Positions 1 through 13,942 of a stretch of DNA of 64,000 nt are shown one piece after another; positions within the stretch are counted from its first letter, which is position 1, and each line of letters begins with the position of its first letter. Below the pieces are notes generated by a model. That model saw only the letters and a program-made list of their open reading frames with translations. It did not search any database and was not told where the DNA came from. Origin of the DNA: Mytilus trossulus (Eukaryota); the NCBI RefSeq assembly GCF_036588685.1, contig NC_086376.1, positions 73,201,630-73,265,629 on the forward strand. The letters run 5' to 3'. The position numbers and the translations under genes were made by a program.

Positions 1-1377
1 GTGGAGGTAATACAAAATTAAAAACAAAAAAGTCGAGGAATGTGTGATTAGTGTAACGATGACGGTGCATTTTGTTTTGAATATCAGATGAGTGTTTTAT
101 ACATTTTGGGTTATATTATAATTAAATTAATGTTTCTGGTTGCATGAAGTTGCAGTTACGACTTTTATATCATTGTCAAATATAACCTTTCTCATACACA
201 TGTATTAGACTGGCCAGTGTTTTAAGTGGAAGTTTAATATTTTATAAGTATTGTTTGTTGTTTTTAGGATGTATCATTAACGTCTGATATTTCTTTTCAT
301 TTATACACAAGTCATATAAGACTCATACATTTGGTGATGGATAAATCAAGGAGGCTGTATCTCCTTTTATAAATAATATTCACAGCTATTGAGATATACA
401 TATGTGTATTGTTAAAGCAGGACTGATCGACCATGAGTTTCCATACTTCCGGCAAAAGTGAAAGGATTCGCGTTACAATTAACAACCTCGCTGATATAAC
501 AACTGAAATAAATTTAAATGAATAGCAAGAATAAAATAAATTGTCAAGTTATTACGCCATGTCATTTACACCTGATTTTAGTTATTAGAGACCTTATTTC
601 ACTATTTAACTTCTTTCTCTTTCTTTAATAGAAGTAAACAAAATTAATTTCAATTTTATTTCAAATTAATAAGATTAAGAGTGCTTCTCTCCGGTGGTCA
701 ATTTAAGGTGCTAAAATCAATACTCAAACTTTCAAGTTTTATAGGAAAATGTGTCAAAGATCAATATGGACTTGTTACAAGTTAGACAATTCCCGTCCGG
801 GTGATAATTCGGTTTTATGCCCCTAATTAAATCTTTGCATACAAAAGAAAAAACAAATTGAGCAAGAATACAGTTCTGTTTTGTCCATTATCTTCAAATC
901 TCATGTTGTCGGCTTCTTTAATGATATCAATTTGTAAGTGATAACAGGTAGATAAAGGTGTAAACAGGTAAGTATAGTTAAAATTGGTGTAAATATAGGT
1001 TAAAGATGGGCGATAATGATGCGCCTCTGGTGTCTATTATATAGTGCTTTCGTGTGATATTAAAACGCTATTCGTGTTGACAACTAGGAGGGGTTTTCTT
1101 CCATTTGGGTATTCGTGGGAAAGGCCAAACTTTTTTTATGTAATTTGAATGTAATTTGATATAATTTCTTGTAATTAAAAAAAATGTAAGAAAAGGCGAT
1201 TAGGTTATCAACTGATATGTGTGCATTATATACGCCTGAAAGAACATTGACTTCCTTACTTAACAATTAGTAAGTAAGGACTGTGTTGATAACATGATCG
1301 TCAAATTCAATATTCAATATGTTATTGGTACCTCATCTTGTAAAACATAAAACTCTCACATATTTATATATAGAAAT

Positions 1378-1505
1378 AAGATGTGGTCTGTGATATGGGT
1401 GCCAATGAGACAACTCTACATCCAAGTCAAAATTTGTAAAAGTAAACCATTATAGGTCGAAGTAAGGCCTTCAATTCGGAGGCTAGGCTTACACCGAACA
1501 GCAAC
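1378..1505 (+). repeat. Copy of an abundant dispersed repeat (core AGATGTGG..TGCCAATGAGACAACTCT..GCCTTCAA)
   Basis: The same core recurs at ~11405, 22757, 31604, 45923 and 58420, and on the - strand at ~2640-2830, 14285-14340 and 23870. Confidence 0.7.
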
Positions 1506-1576
1506 AGGGTTCCAGCTCTGATTATAGCTCTTCGTCATCTTTTTAATAAGCTTTGGATTTCAAATATTTTGACCAC

Positions 1577-1622
1577 GAGCGTCATTGAAGAGACATGTAT
1601 TGTCGAAATGCGCATCTGGTGC
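1577..1622 (+). ncRNA. Minimal type I hammerhead-ribozyme-like motif (Penelope/retrozyme type), C3->U variant
   Basis: gcgtca-TTGAAGA-gaca(tgtat)tgtc-GAAA-tgcgca-TC-tggtgc: stem II is perfect, stem III is the palindrome ATGCGCAT, and stem I pairs with G-U wobbles. Confidence 0.55.
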
Positions 1623-3407
1623 AGGAAATTTGGTACCGTTAATGTTATTCCAAAATGACATACACATACTATAATTATAAAAAATAGAGAATATTAACTA
1701 ATACATGTGTCGTTGAGAATAACGCGAGTTCAGTATTATAATATGTAATCACAATATTAGCTGTATACAAATATAGAGTTTGCTAGAGAAATGAAAACGT
1801 ACATCTAAAATTCTGAAATTCGTGTCTCTCCCTACACAAGGCCCATTACAGTCAGGACGACTCACAAATATCGTCACGAAGCCAAACATATTGTTTGTCA
1901 ATGATATATTACATCAACTAGAATATATATTAATGTTCTCTATTATTGAAACGAGATCGTTTTCCTACAGCCAAGAACATGAAATTAAATTTACAATAGG
2001 TGTTATTCAAAACTTATTTAATGAATTAAAAATAAATGATTAAGTCGTTTCGGACTTCACCTGTCTCGGTTAACCCCAGTTTTAAATATCATATATATAA
2101 ATGTAATTCGTTTCGTTTTATCTTATGGTAACTGTTTAGAAAGTAAATATAGATTGTTTATCTCAATAATAGCCAGAACCTGAAATAAGTAATTATACGT
2201 ATGATTTAATGAATTTCTGGATTAAAATTAAGTTTTAATGATGCTATCCATCAAGCACCTGCCTTCTTATTTTAGTTTGTAGATGAAAAATAAGTAAAAC
2301 AAATTTTCAAGACTTTTAGAAAATTACGAATTTGTATTCGAGCTATAATCTAGAGAGCAAAGTTTAGAAATACAAATTTGTGTTTACCAATATACAGGCA
2401 GAATACCATATATAAAGCCTTAGCTCTATTTGTGTTACTGTTGAAAATATAGTTGCTCTGTTTAATAAGTTGGCCCCAAGAATACCTACACGTTTGGTAT
2501 AATTAAGGACTGGTATTTCATTAAAAGAACATAATTGCTATTTTATAAGTAAGCGTTAGAGAGAGAAAATAATGGAATCAAAAACATATTCATATTATTT
2601 CAGGGTATGAAACAAGATGATGTCTTGTCCTTGTCATATTTGTTTTTCGTAAATTGTTTTGGTATAAATTAGACCGTTGATTTCTCATTTGAATTGTTCC
2701 ACATTTTTCATGTCGGTGCCTTTTTAAAGCTAACTATACGGTATGGGGTTTTTCATTGTTGATGGCCGTGCGATTGCCTGTGCATTTGAACTTTGTTGGA
2801 TAGTTGCCTCATTGGTGATATGCCATTGTCTTATTCATGATTTTCTTTACGACGAACTATTTTTTCGCTTGTAAGGTGTAAGATGTAGATGAATCGTAAA
2901 TAGTAATTCAGATATCTATTTTTTTCATTTATTCTTAAATGCATGTTTTGTTAGGTCACTGGTCGAGATTACGAAAAAAAGGAGATGGTCGAGTGTGCAA
3001 AAAACTACTTTGAACCCTACCACATCAGGGTTCACATATCGATCCCAAGTTAGTAACTTTTATTAGAAGTTGACATGCGTTATACGCTATTTGATTCATT
3101 TATTTTTAATTTGTTTTCATATATAGAATTGATATTGGTGCATGATCTTTCGTAGACTCTGTAGAATACCAGTATATTCAGAAATAGACACGCTGCCCCA
3201 ACAATTTTTAGCTTATTTAAGACACGTGTCTGTTATAGGTTGACTTCAACATGTCCTTTCGCGAATTAGGGTTGCTGTCTCATTGGTGTATACTGTACGT
3301 CGATTCGTAATATCTGGACAACAAACTTTAAGTGCCAAAAATGTTATAAAATTAAAAATTGTAGGCAGTACCATGTCTAACACTCTCAAAAAGAGTTTGA
3401 AAAATAA

Positions 3408-3565
3408 ATAGAAAGATATATGGCAAAAACTTAAAACAGAGAAACATGTGCGGAAAGGAACTAATTGGCAAGATATGACAATAGATAGAAAGATATATGG
3501 CAAAAACTTAAAACAGAGAAATATATGATAGTAGCTAATTGGCTGGATAAGACAATAGATAGAAA
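3408..3565. repeat. Local tandem duplication, ~77-bp period
   Basis: ATAGAAAGATATATGGCAAAAACTTAAAACAGAGAAA at 3408 and 3485. Confidence 0.8.
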
Positions 3566-4566
3566 AAACAAGACAAGAGATCCCCGACACTATAAACAAA
3601 CATTCACGATACCAACTTGAAACACAAAATATCCTTTAAGATTATCCTACGTTATTTAACTTTTTGGGACCGATGGTCCTATATATAAAGCATGCCAAGA
3701 AATAGAGGTTCCTTCACGATTTAAGTTATAAGTGGAAGAAATATTCTGTCATATTATTTCCATTGGAACAAATAAAAAAGAAAAAAAAAAGAAAAAACCT
3801 GTAAATTAATATTATTTTATATACACAAAATTGAACTATCTTTAATGTGATTTATATAAGTACTCGAATTGACCATTTAACAGTACCCTGAAAATCTCAT
3901 TATAAAATATTCCGATTTAAAGAAAATAAACGTAACAAGAAAAAACAACGATTTAAAGAGATTTCCTTGTGTAAATATTTAAACTCGTGGTTTGTATTGT
4001 TGAAGAATTAGGGACTTAAGACTGATGGGCTATTTAATATGATCCGATCAACTTTATTTACTTGTTGAAATTAACAATAAATGAGCTCCCGTATGTTTAT
4101 AATACTTATTCTATTAAAGACATACTTGTGCAGTATATGCGAACATAAATTCAATTTAAATATTAAATTACTTTTACAATAAAAGGCAGTAAAAATGTCA
4201 CAAGATTGGTCATAATTATTCATCAAAGTATAATTTAAACCAACGTAATGTCAATATTTTTGTCCGATCTACGTAATATAAATAACTTTCGCATTGCACA
4301 CCTGAAAACTTGTTTATGCCACTCTGATTCGGAAGCTTTTCATGTGGCTGCAAAAAAAACCTACCCGCCCCTTAAAATATTGTTCAGGAAGTAGTAACTG
4401 ATTATGATTCAGATATTTTAGAAATTTCAACAAAATTCAACGAAAATAATAGTAATCAATTTAAAATACATTGCAGAACTCATTATTATTGAGGTTTGTT
4501 TCGTTGCTGTTACTTCTGTTGCGAAATTGTCTGATACAGAGCTAGTACAAGATTTGAAAATAAGTA

Positions 4567-6096
4567 AGTCTGTTGAGTTGGAGGCCAAAAACAATCTGTG
4601 TCCAGAGTCTGTTGAGCTGGAGGCCAAAAACAATCTGTGTCCAGAGTCTGTTGAGCTGGAGGCCAAACACATTCTGTGTCCAGAGTCTGTTGAGCTGGAG
4701 GCCAAAAACATTCTGTGTCCAGAGTCTGTTGAGCTGGAGGCCAAAAACATTCTGTGTCCAGAGTCTGTTGAGCTGGAGGACAAAAACATTCTGTGTCCAG
4801 AGTCTGTTGAGCTGGAGGCCAAACACATTCTGTGTCCAGAGTCTGTTGAGCTGGAGGCCAAAAACATTCTGTGTCCAGAGTCTGTTGAGCTGGAGGCCAA
4901 AAACATTCTGTGTCCAGAGTCTGTTGAGCTGGAGGTCAAAAACATTCTGTGTCCAGAGTCTGTTGAGCTGGAGGCCAAAAACATTCTGTGTCCAGAGTCT
5001 GTTGAGCTGGAGGCCAAAAACATTCTGTGTCCAGAGTCTGTTGAGCTGGAGGCCAAAAACATTCTGTGTCCATGAGTCTGTTGAGCTGGAGGCCAAAAAC
5101 ATTCTGTGTCCAGAGTCTGTTGAGCTGGAGGCCAAAAACATTCTGTGTCCAGGGTCTGTTGAGCTGGAGGCCAAAAACATTCTGTGTCCAGGGTCTGTTG
5201 AGCTGGAGGCCAAAAACATTCTGTGTCCATGAGTCTGTTGAGCTGGAGGCCAAAAACATTCTGTGTCCAGAGTCTGTTGAGCTGGAGGCCAAAAACATTC
5301 TGTGTCCATGAGTCTGTTGAGCTGGAGGCCAAAAACATTCTGTGTCCATGAGTCTGTTGAGCTGGAGGCCAAAAACATTCTGTGTCCAGGGTCTGTTGAG
5401 CTGGAGGTCAAAAACATTCTGTGTCCAGAGTCTGTTGAGCTGGAGGCCAAAAACATTCTGTGTCCAGAGTCTGTTGAGCTGGAGGCCAAAAACATTCTGT
5501 GTCCAGGGTCTGTTGAGCTGGAGGCCAAAAACATTCTGTGTCCATGAGTCTGTTGAGCTGGAGGCCAAACACATTCTGTGTCCAGAGTCTGTTGAGCTGG
5601 AGGCCAAAAACATTCTGTGTCCAGGGTCTGTTGAGCTGGAGGCCAAAAACATTCTGTGTCCAGAGTCTGTTGAGCTGGAGGCCAAACACATTCTGTGTCC
5701 AGGGTCTGTTGAGCTGGAGGCCAAAAACATTCTGTGTCCAGGGTCTGTTGAGCTGGAGGCCAAAAACATTCTGTGTCCAGAGTCTGTTGAGCTGGAGGCC
5801 AAAAACATTCTGTGTCCAGGGTCTGTTGAGCTGGAGGCCAAAAACATTCTGTGTCCAGAGTCTGTTGAGCTGGAGGCCAAACACATTCTGTGTCCAGGGT
5901 CTGTTGAGCTGGAGGCCAAAAACATTCTGTGTCCATGAGTCTGTTGAGCTGGAGGCCAAACACATTCTGTGTCCAGAGTCTGTTGAGCTGGAGGCCAAAA
6001 ACATTCTGTGTCCAGAGTCTGTTGAGCTGGAGGCCAAAAACATTCTGTGTCCAGAGTCTGTTGAGCTGGAGGCCAAAAACATTCTGTGTCCAGGGT
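4567..6096. repeat. Minisatellite/VNTR, 39-bp unit GAGTCTGTTGAGCTGGAGGCCAAAAACATTCTGTGTCCA, ~39 copies
   Basis: Head-to-tail units with no spacers; occasional 40-bp (+T) variants shift the overlapping ORFs in the track. Confidence 0.97.
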
Positions 6097-6437
6097 GTAG
6101 TGGTTAGTGCATCTGACTACTAAAACAAAGGTTCCTGGTTCGATTCCCGTTCGTGATGAAAATTTCAGGAACTCAATTTTCGGCTCTCCCTTGACACCAT
6201 TTGCGAGTATGGTCTTGAGGAAACGATGATAGTCCGTCAGAAGGGGACGATAAATGGCTGACCCGTATTAAGAGAGAGCCATATCTCTTGCACGTTATAG
6301 ACACCCTTGTAGATTTCGAAAAAAGAGTAGGCTAATGTCGCTACAAGGCAGCACTCGCACTCGCAAAGTGGAAAGGGATTAATATAAGTTGCAAAACTTG
6401 TTTCCCAAGCCACTATAAATAAATATGTTTAAACTAA
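6094..6437 (+). mobile_element. tRNA-derived SINE (V-domain-like central region) with 16-bp TSD
   Basis: A-box GGTGTAGTGGTTAG, B-box GGTTCGATTCCC and A-rich tail; flanked by ATTCTGTGTCCAGGGT (6081-6096) and ATTCTGTATCCAGGGT (6438-6453). Confidence 0.8.
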
Positions 6438-6916
6438 ATTCTGTATCCAGGGTTGATTAACTCTAGGACTATTCAGATTTGGATTATATTTAGTGACTTG
6501 ATTTAGAGCAAAAAATATTTCCAAGAAAATTTGGCAATGAATCGATCATAGTCATTTCCTACAAAGCCTTAGACTTTTATACTAGTTCCAGACAAAGCGT
6601 TGAAAAAAAAACATAAAACAAACCCCACAACTGTAGTCCTTTCTTATCGTGTAATTTGATCTGTTGCTTTTTACAGGGTTCTGGAACTTTTTTTTCTTTC
6701 GATGAAGTGAAAAATTCACTGAATGAAAAGAAATCAGTTAGTCGTCATGGTGTTAAATGGGGGTGAAAAATTTAGGACCGTCAAAGGTTTTGTTTGGTGC
6801 CAGTAGAACCCTAAAAAGGGTTTTCCATTTAAATGATATCCCCCCTGTTGTTTTATAAGGGTAACAGTATATATCTCAACTTTTTCTTCTATTTCAGCTA
6901 AAGCAAAGTCTGAGTG

Positions 6917-7072
6917 CAGAGGCGGACTTAGGGGGGACAGGGAGCCCGGTCCCCCCTTCTTGAAAAAAAAATGATTGCTTATATAGGGAATCACTGAAGC
7001 GTGACTGGAGCGGGCCCCCTCTAAGGTCAGTCAGTGGGCCCCCACTTATGAAAATTTCTGGATCCGCCACTG
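6917..7072. mobile_element. MITE, CAG..CTG termini, 5-bp TSD GAGTG
   Basis: TIR CAGAGGCGGACTTAG / CTGGATCCGCCACTG; GAGTG at 6912-6916 and 7073-7077. Confidence 0.8.
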
Positions 7073-8316
7073 GAGTGTGTAATTTTTCCTCAGTATTCCA
7101 TATTTTGACTGAGAGTGGATTCGCATGAAGAACGCCTGTTGTCTCTAATTTAATTGATATAATTGATTATCTTTACTCCTGCTTAATTACTGTCTTGCTA
7201 AGCCTAAAGACAGGAAGATATCATCAATTTTACATTGTTCTAAGTGAGAGAAAAAAGGTTTAAATATGTAGTTTCCATTTCCAATTATGATGTAATGGGT
7301 GGCTGTACGTGTAAAAATTAGATAATTATATCACTAATAAATGAGGTGCTAACACTATTTTGCTGGATTTTTCCCCAATCGAATTATTTTGATAATATCT
7401 TAGGGGTATTATCTATATCAACTGTTTATTTCACTCTATTTACTAAATCTTTCAAATGTCCTTGTTTAATTTAGATTCCATTTAATTAATTCGTGGAAAA
7501 GAATTAACTTTTCACACTGAGGTAAATTTTGCGCAATCGTAAAACAAATTCGTGCAAACTAATTCGCCGCTAAATATGTTTTAGTAAGTCGGTTTGGTCT
7601 AAAATAAAAATAAATAGTTGATAAAAGGAAACAACTCTTATAAGTAATAACAATTAGAACTTTTTCGAATAAAACTGCGAGAAAACTGTCCGATGATATC
7701 TTTTGTATTTATTTATGTATCTGATTGTTTACAATTGTTTACAATTAGAAGGATATCGTCTTGAAGCAGTTACTTTTCACTGTATTTTTTTTAAAGTAGA
7801 TTATTACAAGCAATACTAGACTATCATATTTTAAATATGGAATAAAGCAAAATCTGGATATTCTGATTAGTAAACATTAACAATTATATATATAATTATA
7901 TCACATCTTATACCAACTTAATTTTTCAACATTTAATACACACTTGTTTTATTTAGAATAACGACTCAACACCTAAAACTTTTTTTCTCTCCAAAATTAT
8001 CGAGTATATATGCGAAACTATCAAATTTGAATACGATTTGAATGTACTGGAACAACAGATACTCCACATCAAGGATTTGTAAAGTTGTATTTGTCTAACT
8101 ATACAAATCCTTGTCCACATGAACCACTTTTAATTATTTTTAAATTTGATAATGTGTCTTCTCTTTTTGCCATTTCCAATATAGATTTTTAAATTTGAAA
8201 AAAGCACAACATACATTACTATTTCTAAGTAAATTGTATTACTTATATAGAGCTTTATTTTATTTTGCTTTTGGAATTGCTATACTGACAGAGTGCCTGT
8301 AGGATAATAAGAGTTG

Positions 8317-8353
8317 TGACGTGAAGGGCGGAGTTTGGATAATTTAATCCAAT
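8317..8353 (+). promoter_or_regulatory. Candidate proximal promoter of the homeobox gene
   Basis: TGACGT (8317), GC box GGGCGGAGT (8326), TAATCC (8345) and CCAAT (8349) cluster ~200 bp upstream of the ATG. Confidence 0.45.
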
Positions 8354-8539
8354 CAAATCAAGCCCGCATGATTTAGAAATTATAATTGAAATTACCGCAT
8401 TTAATCACCCATATCAATCTATTGTACATCAATAAAATAAATACTGAGATATCGCTAAATGACACCATACCAACACTTTTAACTCAATAGACACTCTTAA
8501 TTCTCTGAAAAAAAGTTGTTCTGCTCAATTTTTATTTCA

Positions 8540-8900
8540 ATGATGAATATAGGAGCACAACATCCGTTAGCTTTTCATCAAGGATTTTGGTCATTTCCAG
8601 GATGTGGAGTACATCCTGCGTTTCTTCAAAGTCAGTATTCAAATCTTCATGCACATCATACTGGGAGTTTCGGCAGCAAATCTAGTGCTTTTACCATTGA
8701 CGCTATACTAAACAGGGATCACGTTGAAGATAAACAATGTCCGCCTTCAAAAACATCCGAAGTTTACACATCTAGTCATGGGAAATATAAAGATTCAGAT
8801 GAGGTTCAAAGAAGACAACAGCGTCTTTTTGAAGCATCGCATCCTTACCTCTCACCCAAAGATAAAGTCACTCCTATCAAGAAAGTCACAGAGTTTTACG
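8540..8900 (+). CDS. noto: Not/Noto-family homeobox protein, exon 1 (eh1 Groucho-binding motif FTIDAIL at 8690-8710)
   Basis: ATG at 8540; donor G|GTAGGA at 8900/8901 (phase 1); joins exon 2 in frame; full CDS 729 nt = 242 aa. Confidence 0.8.
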
Positions 8901-11900
8901 GTAGGAATTCATTATTATCTTTTTATTATTATTATTATCATCATCATAAATATTATCATTGATAATATTCGCATGAAGCAACAAAAATAAAATTAAGTTG
9001 ATCGAACTTGAGCATACATTATGATTTTAATACTTTGCTGCAAGAAATACGATAACATTTTAATGTTTCTCTTTTATCAAATGAGGTAGAAATCCTGAGA
9101 AAAATGCAAATGTATGCAAACGATAACAGAGGGGTCATAGATATTTTTACTTTTGTAGGAACGCTTCATAAAACATGCATTTGCTTGCATCGTATATTGC
9201 GGCCAATTTTTACTATGAAATCAGGTTTTTGGATGGTTCGCTATTAAATATATTATATTTTTTGGGGGAAATATTTTTTAGAAGGTTTATAGTTGCAAGG
9301 CTAATATAGATGGTAAACATTGATACAAAAGCATCAGATAATTTAAAGAAGATAGATTAATATATACAGAGGGATATTTTAAACATATTCCATACAAAAA
9401 ATCATCAATTTGTTTGTTTCAAAAATTCGAGAAAAAAAATTAAAATTAAATTTTAGTGTCTTCTTGGCTGCAAAGTAAAAAATGGTTTGAGTTGTTGCGC
9501 TCATTGTTGATGACCACACAATACCATACAGTCGATTAATATAAATCTGTTCTTAGATATGCGACTTTGAAATCTGTCAAATTCCAAAACATTAATATTT
9601 TTAGACACGCAATTCCGTTAAACAATATCTATTAAGGACATATGCACCTCACTTTTTTACACAGTGAGAAATATTTTTCTAGCTCACTTTGGATTTTTTT
9701 TAATGAAAATATCTAAAAAATAAATAATAAAATTTATTGTAATGAGTGAAAATTCAAGATATCAAAGTTTCGTAAGTTAATGAGGTGTTGGTAAGAAACA
9801 AATTAACTGGTATCAAATAACTACTAACTCGATAGTAGAAAGAGAGCGTTCCCTCAAGCTCTTACGGTTATATTTAGTGTGAAAATAGAAAATAGTATAT
9901 TAGTTTCCGATTTAATAAATGTCATGCTGATTTTCAATTTGTTTGAATTTGTATAAATTAAAAAGTGTGGGAATATTGTATACTTTGTTAAATCAAGAAA
10001 GAAATGTATATTCGACTTTATAGAGCATTGAACTTTTTGTTATATGATAGGTGAAAAACGGTGTTTGGATTCAATTATAATTTTCTTCTAATTAAATAGC
10101 CCGTATGGGGAGATACTAAAATATTCTCTGAAATAATATTATAGTTTTGAAGTTCCATGTATGGGACTGAGAACTTTCTACCTCCAATTCAGTTCAAAGT
10201 ACGCAAAGTAAAGTTATTCGAACCACGAAGACTCACACCCATTCATTTTTTGAAAATTCAGTGCCGATAAGTTTTAAATTTAACATTGCATTTTCAAATT
10301 TGCATTTCCATCGCGCATACAGAGTAGACATATTATCATATTCAGAAAGTAAAAAATCTAATATTTAGTCTTCTCCAACTCTTCAGTTTATTATCAGTTA
10401 AATATTTGGAATTTTAAAGGAAAAAAGATGAATAAATATATTTGAAAATCAAATGACCCAATTAAATAGGAAGATGGAGATATAAAATGATAAATAAAAT
10501 GTGCGTTAAAAGGCAACTGAAAACATAAATACTTCCAAAAAAAATATCATTTATTGGTTCCACGAAATTTGTTTTAAGGATGTTCGGTTGACATGTTTTG
10601 TAAATTTTGTCAGATATCCGAAATCCCCTGGTTTTATCTATTAGAATGCCTTAAAAAAAATTGCCCATTGACCTCCATTTTCCTTTTCATATATATTTTA
10701 CATTTTTAAAGGCTAAAATTCTAAGTAAAACTCATAAGAAAATTACTGAACTGCACTTTCCATATAGAAAATGATTGACGAAATTAACCACAATCCAGAA
10801 AACATGAAATATATTAACCCTTTTTATAAGAGTACAAAAAAGGGGCAATCAGTAGGAGCTCGCCGAAGACATGCTTAGAATTTCATGTGAACGCCAGATT
10901 TGCATTATGTATACAAATCGAGACTCGTTAGTGGCTCTCGCTAGAATCAAAACAGTTGAAAAGCTAGATCAGATACCAAGTTGGAGATAATTGAAAACCG
11001 AAATTCCACAAAAGTTGTGGTCTATGCGGTTATGGTTATCTTTTCCACGGGTTAACAAATCCTCAGTGTTTTGAAAAACAAATGTTATATTTTTAACTTT
11101 AAATTGAAATTAAACTAATAAAAAAATCCCATATCCACGACTTAAAATAAAAACAGAAGAAGGAAATGCATCATCGAGGTAGAAACCCAACGAAGCACAT
11201 AAACTATAATACCATGCAGAAACCAAAAAAACATTCGGAGGTCGATAGAGGTCATACATGCAGTCTTAAACATTAGACAATCTAAAGTTCTAAGAGTTGT
11301 GAATTTAAAAACTGCACAGGAACACTAGGCAGGGCGAAAATATCTGTAACAAATATATTAATCAAACTCTAATCTTCGCCAGTGAACAATAAAAAAATAA
11401 AAATTGCCAATGAGACAACTCATTACCAGAGACCAAATGATAGAAGTTAAAAACTACAGTTCATCGTATATGGTCTTCAACAATGATCAAAACACATGCC
11501 GCAAAGTAAGCTATAAAAGACCCCACGATGACAAATGTCAAACAATTAACACTAGAAAAATAACGGCCAGATTTATTTTAAAAACAATAAACAAAATACC
11601 AAATTGATATTCAGTGGTATAACTCTTTAGAAAAAAATAATGAAAAAGCTTTTCATTGCTATCTGTGTACATTACTTACTCACTTGTTCATTTGTTTTTA
11701 TGTTGTTGTTTTTTTATTGCCGTTTTTTTTTCTGTTTTGTAGTTTTCTTTTTTGAAAGCGGATCAAAACAAATAGTTTCCTTCTTTCCTTTTTCAACCAA
11801 ATATTGCACAGACATTATATTATCCGATAATACTTGTAGTTTCATTTAATAAACACGATTAACTGTTACAGTATATGGTATCATTTGTTAGGTCTGAAGT

Positions 11901-13081
11901 GTTTTCTACATGCGAACCATTACAATATATGCATACAGATTAAATAAGATAACACTATTATGAAGAGAATGATTTAATGAGTCTGTGAATGCCGTAATTT
12001 CATGATTTGAAGTGGTTCTTCAAAAATGGAGACAATGAATTATCTTTTTGAATTATAGTAAATAAGAATGTGAATTTGTTTGCATAATGACCTTCACGAC
12101 ATTATTGGCCTCTGCTTAATTAATTTTGCAAAGTAACAAATCATCGCTGGTTAAGATTTATAGAAAATGCTTTCTTAAAAGTAAGCGGAAAACGTGTTCT
12201 AACGGAATGGAAAGTAAGTTTGCATTTTCTTACGTTAAAGGATCATAGGTTATTGGAAAGCTTCATTTTGGCTGAGATGGAAAGTCCTGAGTATGTACGT
12301 GTTTTGGTGTTGGTTTCGCGTGTGTAAACTGTTAGCTGAATGTTGTAAGCGTGTTTTCTTGCTACGGGATATGGTTTTGCGCATTAAGTATATTCTTCAA
12401 GTGCGAATAACATTTGTCGAAGGTATTTCTTAATGAATACATCGAAAAGGTCTTTGAACGTTACATAACTTTCACGTGGGAATTTTCGTTTAGTAATGAT
12501 GCAAACTAAAGCAAAAGAGAACTGTATAAATATAAAGGAGAGATCAACAGAACTTCTTTTAATATACTCTATCTAGTAAATAAACGATTTTTAATATTGC
12601 TGCGATAATTATATAGTTTTAATAGAAATATGAATACCTTTAGAGATTAATAGTTATTTAAAGTTTGTCACTTAGTTTTTTGGTTACTTCCCCGTTTTGT
12701 TCATTCTTTTCTGCGACAATTAATTTTGAAAGTTTTAAAAGGTTTGCAAACACCATTTAGAACGTTTTACAAAGTTCTGAGCAAACATCAGGTGTTTTTA
12801 GAATATTGTATTTTCGATCTCTCTAAAATGACATTAGCCTGTTCTATAAGTTAATTACACGCTACTCCTATTAAATACACACAGACCTATGTTCTTTTTT
12901 CTTCATACCCATTGATCATATTTTCACAGTTTGGGAAAGAAAAACTAGAGTATATTTGACCCGGAATATTTTATCAATAATTTTTTTATATTTTCATTTA
13001 ATATGAGTAAATTGTTCCCTGTCATTATCTCTGAGATAATCAAATATTGCCGGTATTTACCAATGAGAACGCAGGTGACGT

Positions 13082-13147
13082 GTTATAATTAAGCCGACCA
13101 CGCCCCCTTTACTAAAATGTTATAATTAAGCCAACCACGCCCCTTAC
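13082..13147. repeat. Short direct repeat GTTATAATTAAGCC(G/A)ACCACGCCCC x2 in noto intron 1
   Basis: Two near-identical ~26-bp units ~37 bp apart. Confidence 0.7.
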
Positions 13148-13942
13148 CCAAAATACAATGCATTGCCTTTTTGTCAATTTGGAATATCAATACGTTGAAT
13201 AATTTAGCATTTAAATATACCCCTCAAAGATACGAAGATGATTATTAAAATTAAATATTACTTTAATTACTGGATTGAAAAGTGAATTATTTCAATATCT
13301 GCAGATGGTCTTATTGACCAGGCAATAATTTCTATAAGTCGTATGTTTGGTTATTGAATAATTTCTCAAAATAGAAGTATAGTCCCTGGTCATGGACTTT
13401 TTCTTTCAAATATCTATATATCTTTTTTAAAAACACTGTTTAGTTGATGAAAGATTCCCTTGTTTATACAATGCTTTCGAATATCATTTTGATCATTTTT
13501 CATTGATCTTGAACATTTTTGTCGTCTTTATATTTATAATTGCTGGTTGCTTTACGCCGCATTAGCACAAAAAGGCTATATCGCGGCGACCTTTATATCT
13601 ATAAACGCATCTAAATAGGAAAAGAAAATAGAAACAAAAACAAAAAAGATGGTAAATAAGAGACACACACTTCATTTCAGTGTTTTCGCAATTTTTTTTA
13701 CACATTTTTATTTTAATCATTTTGAGGCTGAGCGCTTGCATCTATTACTTTAACTCTGTATATCGACCATTGGTTATTATTGCGTTCGGATGCTTTCGAT
13801 TTGACATATACGATATATAATTATATAAGTACAGTAGACGTCTGCATTTTATTTCTTGATTAAATTCGTTTCTATCTCAATTCATCAATATATTGTTGTT
13901 TTGACAATGCTTTCTAAGTTATAAATGTTATTATATTTCTAG

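Noticed and set aside
4567-6096. CRISPR-like regular repeat
   Set aside because: No unique spacers, no cas genes, and a eukaryotic context
4427-6123. Many long overlapping ORFs (up to 473 aa) on both strands
   Set aside because: They are by-products of a 39-bp unit lacking stops in 5 of 6 frames; +1 variants shift frames freely, so there is no coding constraint
6094-6155. tRNA gene
   Set aside because: No acceptor stem; continues into a SINE body and is bounded by a TSD
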